Below the pieces are notes generated by a model, which saw only the letters and a program-made list of their open reading frames with translations, was not told the origin of the DNA and did no database searches. Shown piece after piece: positions 1-6,523 of a DNA stretch of 47,083 nt. The stretch is from the NCBI GenBank assembly GCA_043799575.1, contig JAZDNQ010000026.1:1-47083 (forward strand). The letters are read 5' to 3'. The number at the start of each line of letters is the position of its first letter. Position 1 is the stretch's first letter. Source of the DNA: Patescibacteria group bacterium (GTDB lineage Bacteria; Patescibacteriota; Gracilibacteria; JAHISY01). The translations under genes and the position numbers were made by a program.

Positions 1-465
<465 letters not shown>

Positions 466-576
466 CGAATTTTATTTCTTGACTGCGTAGCTTTTTTATT
501 TCCATTGAAGAAGTTATGCTTTCAAGAAAATCGGTCAACAATCTGGATAAAAAATTTTTCTCGAAAAGGCTCTTTT

Positions 577-695
577 GTCTTGGTGGCTTTAGCGGCGGGG
601 GTACACCCGTTCTCATTCCGAACACGGAAGTTAAGCTCGCCAGCGCCGATGGTAATGCATCCTCTGGGTGTGTCAGAGTAGGCCGTCGCCAAGAC
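577..695 (+). rRNA. rrf: 5S rRNA
   Basis: A 119-nt segment carries the conserved CCCGTTCTCATTCCGAACACGGAAGTTAAGC core. The 5' GTCTTGGTGGC pairs with the 3' GTCGCCAAGAC (helix I). It lies about 110 nt downstream of the 23S end. Confidence 0.92.
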
Positions 696-718
696 TAAGG
701 AGCTTTTTGTTGTAGAAA

Positions 719-910
719 TTATTTTTGCAAATTCTCTTCATCTTTATCCCTGTTCGCTAGATTTTGGGAAATATAGTCGCGAATTGCGAATAATTCGATC
801 GTAAAAAGATTTTTGCCAGCGAAAAAGAACCTCTGAATTCGATTCGTTAATTCGTCGCGAGGAAAATGTTTTGAATCCACGAATAATTTCGGGCAAACCG
901 TGGTGTTTTC
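719..910 (-). pseudogene. C-terminal remnant of an IS200-like/REP-associated tyrosine transposase (RAYT-type), frameshifted and lacking the catalytic N-terminal part
   Basis: The minus strand translates to ..LPEIIRGFKTFSSRRINESNSEVLFRWQKSFYDRIIRNS. After a +1 shift it continues IRDYISQNLANRDKDEENLQK*. The IIRGFK..., WQKSFYD(H/R)IIRN and IR.YI.QNP.NW.KD strings are the usual C-terminal signature of this family. No ORF of 60 aa or more is present, and the HUH/Tyr part is absent. Confidence 0.55.
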
Positions 911-1150
911 TCATATTTCCAAAAAATTTATGTAATTTTTATCCCTCAAAAACTGAAGCTGTTGCCGAATCTTATCTTTGATGTGACGCGGGTATTTTTT
1001 ACTTAAAGTTTTTTCGGAACGATAAATGTCTTCAAGTGTGAATTTTGGTTTACCGATTTATTCGACACAGCGCATCACATCCAAAGTCCAACCTTTTAAT
1101 TTTTGATTTCTAATCTCTCTGAGAAAAAGTGTTTTCTTCCGTTCGTTCAT
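911..1150 (-). pseudogene. Small winged-helix ORF interrupted by an in-frame TAA; resembles the C-terminal DNA-binding module of DpnI/Dam-replacing-type restriction proteins
   Basis: Minus-strand reading gives MNERKKTLFLREIRNQKLKGWTLDVMRCVE-TAA(1058-1060)-IGKPKFTLEDIYRSEKTLSKKYPRHIKDKIRQQLQFLRDKNYINFLEI*. I recognise the FTLEDIY...YP..I..KIRQQLQ.LRDK..I.FLE string from wHTH tails of that restriction family. No nuclease domain is present. Confidence 0.4.
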
Positions 1151-1179
1151 TACTTTTTCTCGCGTCTGAATTTTTTTAT

Positions 1180-1455
1180 TTAAAACATAAAAATCATTCC
1201 GCTAAATTTTAAGATCGCTTCCTCAACTCCGCCAAACGCAAATTCTGCCAACTCCTCTGTGCTTGCATCACTAGCTGCAGAATCAAACTCTCTGTTAACA
1301 AATTCTAGAAAGTTTGGGTTGGAAAAATATTTTTCTGTTTTCGTGTTGAGATCATACGCGAAATTAATTTCAAAATTTTTTTCATCTCTCCATTGACTTT
1401 CGTTGTTAAAAAAATAAAATCTAATTGCACTCACGAAAAAAATTGACTCACTCAC
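1180..1455 (-). CDS. Hypothetical protein (91 aa), acidic, no recognisable domain
   Basis: This is an open frame of 91 codons in an AT-rich stretch where stop codons should be frequent. It has the same orientation as the two remnants downstream. No motif was recognised. Confidence 0.4.
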   Translation of the reverse strand: MSESIFFVSAIRFYFFNNESQWRDEKNFEINFAYDLNTKTEKYFSNPNFLEFVNREFDSAASDASTEELAEFAFGGVEEAILKFSGMIFMF

Positions 1456-1529
1456 TCCACCCTCAACAGAAATTGCCTCGCGCGAAACTCGCGTGGGGTT
1501 TTTAATTTCATCTTTTAACCCCCTTTAAA

Positions 1530-1619
1530 ATGCCAGCCAAAAAAAAGGCTGCCAAAAAAAAGGCAGTAAAAAAACCGGCAAAAAAGGCAAAGAAAAAGGT
1601 TGCCAAGAAAAAGAAATAG
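1530..1619 (+). CDS. 29-aa lysine/alanine-rich basic peptide (histone-H1-like / nucleoid-protein-like tail)
   Basis: ATG at 1530 through TAG at 1617-1619 encodes MPAKKKAAKKKAVKKPAKKAKKKVAKKKK. It falls below the ORF-track cutoff and is followed by a hairpin plus T-run. The antisense 81-aa ORF at 1525-1770 looks like a low-complexity artefact. Confidence 0.4.
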   Translation: MPAKKKAAKKKAVKKPAKKAKKKVAKKKK

Positions 1620-1633
1620 TCTCGGCAAAAATT

Positions 1634-1663
1634 AAAAAAGTCCTGCGCAAGTGGGGCTTTTTT
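1634..1663. terminator. Putative bidirectional intrinsic terminator between the convergent K-rich ORF and nrdG
   Basis: AAAAAAGTCC(1634-1643)...GGGGCTTTTTT forms an A/T-flanked stem with a 10-nt loop. The stem core is only about 4 bp (one G-U), so it is weak. Confidence 0.35.
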
Positions 1664-2354
1664 AATTCCGAATTCCGCACTCCCCTACAAATTCTTTTGC
1701 GCGCTCGCGCATTTTTTCCAATTCCGAATTCGTGAAGCCGTGCATTTTTTCGAAAGCCGGATCGAGACAACCGCCGCGATTAGAAAAATTTTGGAGAAAA
1801 TATTTTGGCGCACCGCGAATGAATTCGAGAATTTTTTGAAACTCTTTTTCGTCGTGCAGCTCGCGAATCAAAGTCGTGCGCAATTCGAACTCCGCGCCAG
1901 ATTGTTCAATCAGTTTTTTCGACGCGCGCACTTTGTCAAAAATATTCACGCCGACCAGCGCAGAATAATTTTCGGGCGACGCTTTGATGTCCAGCGCGAC
2001 ATAATCCAGCAAGCCCGCGCGAAAAAGTTTTTCGAGCACCTCCGGTTGCGAACCGTTCGTGTCGAGTTTCACCGCGAAACCGCGCTTGCGAATTTTTTTA
2101 CAGAATTCGAGTAAGTCTTTTTGCAAAGTCGGCTCGCCACCCGTGATGCATACACCGTCGAGCAAACCTTTGCGGCGATCGAGAAATTCGAAAAATTTTT
2201 CTTCGAGAATTAATTTGGGAAATTTTTCCGGCAAAACTAATTCGGGATTGTGACAAAAGCCACAGCGAAAATTGCAGCCGGGTGTGAAAACTGTGCAGGC
2301 CGTCCGACCGGGAAAATCCAAAAGCGTGAGTTTTTGCAGCGCAGCGATTTGCAT
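1662..2354 (-). CDS. nrdG: Anaerobic ribonucleoside-triphosphate reductase activating protein (radical SAM)
   Basis: The 230-aa ORF carries the radical-SAM cluster motif CNFRCGFCHNPE and a GGEPTL motif. Its size is typical of NrdG, and nrdD lies 1.9 kb away. Confidence 0.9.
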   Translation of the reverse strand: MQIAALQKLTLLDFPGRTACTVFTPGCNFRCGFCHNPELVLPEKFPKLILEEKFFEFLDRRKGLLDGVCITGGEPTLQKDLLEFCKKIRKRGFAVKLDTNGSQPEVLEKLFRAGLLDYVALDIKASPENYSALVGVNIFDKVRASKKLIEQSGAEFELRTTLIRELHDEKEFQKILEFIRGAPKYFLQNFSNRGGCLDPAFEKMHGFTNSELEKMRERAKEFVGECGIRN

Positions 2355-2432
2355 TGGAGAATTTTAACTTTTTTACCCTCTATTTGCAGTCGGAAATTTT
2401 TGAGATTAAGATTAATTCCTTAACTTTTGACA

Positions 2433-3785
2433 ATGGCTGACACTTCTCCAAAAAGTCCTGATGGCGTCGGTGCTGAAGTTAACAAAGCCGATACGCGCGA
2501 GAAATTATTGGCCATACTCACGCTCCCAGATGGTCGAGTTATCGAGCTACCAATCGTCGAAGGTAGCGAGTGTGAGCAAGCCGTGGACATTCGTAATTTA
2601 CGAAAAGAAACCGGCTTAACCGCTTTTGACCCGGGTTACAGAAATACGGCTTCGTGCGAAAGTAAGATTACTTTTCTCGATGGCGAGAAAGGAATTTTGC
2701 GCTTTCGTGGCATTCCGATCGAAGAGCTTGCAGCTCGCAGTAATTTTATCGAGACAGCCATGCTTTTGATCTGGGGAGAGCTGCCCAACGAACAAGAGCG
2801 CGCTGAATTCCGCAGACTACTGACCGATCACGAAATGCTGCACGAAGGCTTGCGCCCGCATTTCGATGCGTTTCCTCCGAACGGAAAACCAATGGCATTA
2901 CTTTCGGCTGTTTTAGGGGGAATGCGCGGATACGAGCAAAAGATCCCAGAGATGAATGAGGAAAATTTTCGCTTACTCGCTGCAAAAATAATGAGTCGTG
3001 TTCGCACGATCGCTGCCAATACTCACAATAAAACCGCCGGTCGTCCATTGCAATATCCCAATCCAGAATTTGGCTACTGCAAAAACTTTTTACACATGCT
3101 GCATAGCATTCCAAACAAGCAGCATATTCCGAGCGAGACTGAGATTCGTGCCCTCGAAACTTTTTTGATTTTGCACGCCGATCACGAACAAAACTGCTCG
3201 ACCTCGACGGTTCGAATGGTCGGTTCGTCGGCCTCTGATCTTTTTGTTTCGGTTGCAGCTGGAGTCAACGCGCTCAATGGAAAGTCTCACGGCGGCGCAA
3301 ACGCAGCCGTGATTCGCCAACTTGAAAAAGTCGTGAAATCAAAAAAAGGAGCGTCTGATTTGATAGCGCGCGCGAAAGATCCAAATGACCCGTTTCGGCT
3401 GATGGGATTCGGTCATGCCGTTTATAAAAACTTCGACCCGCGAGCGATAATCTTGAAAGGCGTCGCTGAAAAACTTTTAGAAGAAATGAATATCAACGAC
3501 CCGCTTTTTGATCTCGCAAAACAACTCGAAAAAATCGCGCTTGAAGACGACTATTTTGTTTCGCGTAAGCTTTATCCGAATGTTGATTTTTATTCTGGAA
3601 TTATTTTGCGAGCGCTGGGAATACCAACCAAAATGTTCCCGGTGATGTTCGCGATCGGTCGAATGCCAGGCTGGATTGCGCACTGGCGCGAACAAAATTT
3701 GGATAACTCAGCCCGCATCCATCGTCCACGCCAAATCTACACCGGACCGACTGAACGACCATTTGTCCCAATGAAAGACCGATGA
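2433..3785 (+). CDS. gltA: Citrate synthase
   Basis: Signature strings LHADHEQNCSTSTVR and GFGHAVYKNFDPRA are present. The ORF track starts at TTG 2427; I prefer ATG 2433. Confidence 0.92.
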   Translation: MADTSPKSPDGVGAEVNKADTREKLLAILTLPDGRVIELPIVEGSECEQAVDIRNLRKETGLTAFDPGYRNTASCESKITFLDGEKGILRFRGIPIEELAARSNFIETAMLLIWGELPNEQERAEFRRLLTDHEMLHEGLRPHFDAFPPNGKPMALLSAVLGGMRGYEQKIPEMNEENFRLLAAKIMSRVRTIAANTHNKTAGRPLQYPNPEFGYCKNFLHMLHSIPNKQHIPSETEIRALETFLILHADHEQNCSTSTVRMVGSSASDLFVSVAAGVNALNGKSHGGANAAVIRQLEKVVKSKKGASDLIARAKDPNDPFRLMGFGHAVYKNFDPRAIILKGVAEKLLEEMNINDPLFDLAKQLEKIALEDDYFVSRKLYPNVDFYSGIILRALGIPTKMFPVMFAIGRMPGWIAHWREQNLDNSARIHRPRQIYTGPTERPFVPMKDR

Positions 3786-3788
3786 TGA

Positions 3789-4034
3789 TTATTTTTGTCG
3801 CGTCAAAAATTCTTCGATCTCTTGAACCTCATTCCCCCGAAAAATTTCTTGGTCTGAATCATCGAACACAATCAAAGTCGGCGCCGCCTCAACCGAGAAC
3901 TGCACCGCGCGCACGCCAAAACCCGCAACACGTTCATCGAGAACTTCTCCCGGAAAAGTAATTTTCTCCGCGACGAAATTTTTGACCGCCGGGCATTTCG
4001 GACAAGTCGTCGTCGTAAACAAAAGATATTTCAT
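3789..4034 (-). CDS. Thioredoxin-fold protein (glutaredoxin/NrdH-like, CPKC active site), 81 aa
   Basis: MKYLLFTTTTCPKCPAVKNF... has a CxxC motif after beta1, typical of small redoxins. Its ATG (4034-4032) overlaps the TGA of the upstream 59-codon ORF as ATGA. The 113-aa ORF-track version (to 4130) is an upstream extension running through that ORF. Confidence 0.75.
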   Translation of the reverse strand: MKYLLFTTTTCPKCPAVKNFVAEKITFPGEVLDERVAGFGVRAVQFSVEAAPTLIVFDDSDQEIFRGNEVQEIEEFLTRQK

Positions 4035-4210
4035 TTCGCCTCGACGAAGTGGCAGCGCGAATAATGTTCGGATTTTTTGCCGACATTGAAGTTTTGAACC
4101 GGACGATGATAACCCATCACGCGCGTCCAAACTTCGCAGCGGGTGCGTTGCGATTGGATCGCGTCGTCAGTCTGGACTGCGGTCGTCGCAGTCACTTTTT
4201 GATTTTGCAT
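4031..4210 (-). CDS. Stand-alone glycyl-radical domain of class III RNR (59 aa), in frame with and 3 codons downstream of the nrdD stop
   Basis: MQNQKVTATTAVQTDDAIQSQRTRCEVWTRVMGYHRPVQNFNVGKKSEHYSRCHFVEAK contains the NrdD C-terminal motif (R-V-x-G-Y-x-R-P-V..F-N-x-G-K). It is not in the ORF track because it is shorter than 60 aa. Confidence 0.65.
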   Translation of the reverse strand: MQNQKVTATTAVQTDDAIQSQRTRCEVWTRVMGYHRPVQNFNVGKKSEHYSRCHFVEAK

Positions 4211-4219
4211 TTGGAAAAA

Positions 4220-6349
4220 TTAAATTCTTTTTTGAGCTGCGGATTTTTTCGCCGATTCGGAAATATACGGCGCGCGCAGCGTCTCGTCGCGATCCATTCC
4301 GTCGTAACCGATCTCCTCATCGCAGAGCGGACAGAAATCGTGCTCGCCAGCGAGATAACCGTGTTTCGGACAAATCGAAAATGTCGGCGTGATCGTGATG
4401 TACGGCAGACGGAAGTTGGTCAAAACTTTGCGCACGAGATTTTTGCAGGCCGCGGAATCGGAAATCCGCTCACCCATGTACAAATGCAAAACTGTGCCGC
4501 CGGTGTACATTTTTTGTAAATCGTCCTGATGTGTGAGCGCTTCGAACGCGTCGTCGGTATATTCGACTGGCAGCTGCGAGGAATTCGTGTAATACGGTGC
4601 TTCCTCCGTGCCCGCTTGAATGATGTCGGGATAGCGTTTGCGATCTTCTTTCGCGAAACGATAAGTCGTGCCCTCGGCCGGAGTCGCTTCTAGGTTGTAA
4701 AGATTGCCCGTTTCGTTTTGGAATTCGGTTAATTTAGAGCGCATGTAGTCGAGAATTTCGAGCGCGAGCTGTCGACCTTCTTTGGATGCAATGTCGAATT
4801 CCCCGCCCGAGAAATTCAAAACGCACTCGTTCACACCATTGATGCCAATCGTGCTGAAATGATTTCTGAGCGTACCGAGATATCTTTTGGTGAATGGAAA
4901 CAAACCACGATCCATCCATTTTTGAATTTCCTTTCTTTTAATCTCGAGCGAAGTTTTGGCGAGCTCCATCAAGTGTCCGATACGATCGAGTAATTTTTGT
5001 TTGTCGCCCTTCGCGGTATAACCGATGCGTGCTGAGTTAATTGTGACGACACCGATCGAACCAGTCATCTCAGCCGAACCGAAAAGCCCGTTGCCGCGCT
5101 TTTTCAATTCGTTCAAGTCGAGCTGTAGCCGGCAGCACATCGACCTGACATCGCCTGGATTGAGATCGGAATTGATAAAGTTCTGGAAATACGGCATTCC
5201 GTATTTCGCGGTCATCTCGAAAAGTAAATCTGTATTCGGCCCTTCCCAGTCGAAATCGGGCGTGATGTTGTAAGTCGGAATCGGGAAAGTGAAAACGCGG
5301 CCGCGCGCATCGCCGGCAGTCATCACTTCGATAAAAGCGCGATTGATGATGTCCATTTCTTTTTGCAGCTCGGAGAATTTGTACTCGAATGGTTTGCCGC
5401 CCATCAGCAATCTTTTTTCGCGCAAATCGGTCGGGCAAGTCCAGTCGAGCGTGACATTCGTGAACGGAGTTTGCGTGCCCCACCGACTCGGAACGTTGAG
5501 ATTGAAAACGAATGACTGAACATTTTGGTAGACGTAACTGAAGGTTTTGCGGTCGATGTAGCTTTGTCGCGCTTCGGCCGTCTCGAACTGCGCGCCGGTT
5601 TTTTCCAAAGCTTCTTCGACCTCGAGCGAGTATTTTTTGACGAAAGGTGCGAGATACGTATCAAACGAGCTGAACGCCTGCGCTCCGGCCCATTCGTTTT
5701 GGAGCGAGCCGAGGAAGTTGACCATTTGCGAAACCGCGGACGACAAATGTTTCGGCGGACGCGATTCGGTTTTGCCCATCAAACCGTTGAAACCTTCTTC
5801 GAGCAGCGCGCGCAGCGACCAGCCGGCGCAGTAGCCGGAGAACATATCGAGATCGTGAATATGGTAATCACCGTTGCGGTGCGCGTCGCCGACATTTTTC
5901 GGATAAATGTGCGAGAGCCAATAATTCGCGGTAACTTTGCCCGCCGTGTTGAGGATCATGCCGCCGAGTGAATAACCCTGATTCGAATTCGCATTCACAC
6001 GCCAGTCAAGCTGGTTCAAATATTCCGACATCGTTTTCTCGACCTCGACCACGACGTCGCGATCAGCGCGCGCCTCAGCGCGTTTTTCGCGATAGAGAAT
6101 GTAGACCTTCGCGGTCGTCGGATGACCAGAACGAACGAGAATCTTTTCGACTAAATCTTGAACTTCTTCGACGGTCGGAACTTTGTCTTCTTTTTCTAGT
6201 TCGAGAACAACCTGATTGGCCAAATTTTTGGCTTCGGTCAAATCCGAACCGCCCGCCGCTTTCGCGGCCGCGAAAATCGCTTTCTCGATCTTGGCAATGT
6301 CAAAATCGACAATTGCGCCGTTGCGTTTTTGGATTTTGTGGGCTGCCAT
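4220..6349 (-). CDS. nrdD: Anaerobic ribonucleoside-triphosphate reductase (class III), truncated before the glycyl-radical motif
   Basis: The 709-aa ORF has an N-terminal ATP-cone (KIQKRNGAIVDFDIAKIEKAI...), a class III core and a C-terminal Zn-ribbon-like FSICPKHGYLAGEHDFCPLC. It ends at TAA 4220-4222 without a glycyl-radical motif. Confidence 0.9.
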   Translation of the reverse strand: MAAHKIQKRNGAIVDFDIAKIEKAIFAAAKAAGGSDLTEAKNLANQVVLELEKEDKVPTVEEVQDLVEKILVRSGHPTTAKVYILYREKRAEARADRDVVVEVEKTMSEYLNQLDWRVNANSNQGYSLGGMILNTAGKVTANYWLSHIYPKNVGDAHRNGDYHIHDLDMFSGYCAGWSLRALLEEGFNGLMGKTESRPPKHLSSAVSQMVNFLGSLQNEWAGAQAFSSFDTYLAPFVKKYSLEVEEALEKTGAQFETAEARQSYIDRKTFSYVYQNVQSFVFNLNVPSRWGTQTPFTNVTLDWTCPTDLREKRLLMGGKPFEYKFSELQKEMDIINRAFIEVMTAGDARGRVFTFPIPTYNITPDFDWEGPNTDLLFEMTAKYGMPYFQNFINSDLNPGDVRSMCCRLQLDLNELKKRGNGLFGSAEMTGSIGVVTINSARIGYTAKGDKQKLLDRIGHLMELAKTSLEIKRKEIQKWMDRGLFPFTKRYLGTLRNHFSTIGINGVNECVLNFSGGEFDIASKEGRQLALEILDYMRSKLTEFQNETGNLYNLEATPAEGTTYRFAKEDRKRYPDIIQAGTEEAPYYTNSSQLPVEYTDDAFEALTHQDDLQKMYTGGTVLHLYMGERISDSAACKNLVRKVLTNFRLPYITITPTFSICPKHGYLAGEHDFCPLCDEEIGYDGMDRDETLRAPYISESAKKSAAQKRI

Positions 6350-6371
6350 TGGGGGTGGGAAATTAAGCCGG

Positions 6372-6387
6372 GCACAATATATTGTGC
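6372..6387. promoter_or_regulatory. NrdR-box-like 16-bp palindrome upstream of nrdD
   Basis: GCACAATATATTGTGC is a perfect palindrome matching the NrdR box consensus acaCwAtATaTwGtgt. It sits 23-38 nt upstream of the nrdD start codon. Confidence 0.6.
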
Positions 6388-6523
6388 CCCGAGAGAAAGC
6401 AAACTACATCATATCCAGTTTCGACCCGAACTTCAAGCAATTTGAAGTTGCGAGAGATTGATTTTAATTTTTAAATTCAAGAATTTCAATTTTTGCCCTT
6501 TCAAACTAAACTTTCGCAGTTCA

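Noticed and set aside
6404-6419. A second NrdR box at the canonical ~31-bp spacing from the first.
   Set aside because: Only about 9 of 16 positions match the consensus, and the sequence is not palindromic.
6458-6523. N-terminal extensions offered by the ORF track: secA from 6458, nadC to 18567, the redoxin to 4130, the methyltransferase from 19743 and the FtsB-like gene from 31381.
   Set aside because: The extensions overlap neighbouring genes or encode non-conserved, low-complexity peptide. Internal ATG (or TTG) starts give canonical N-termini.
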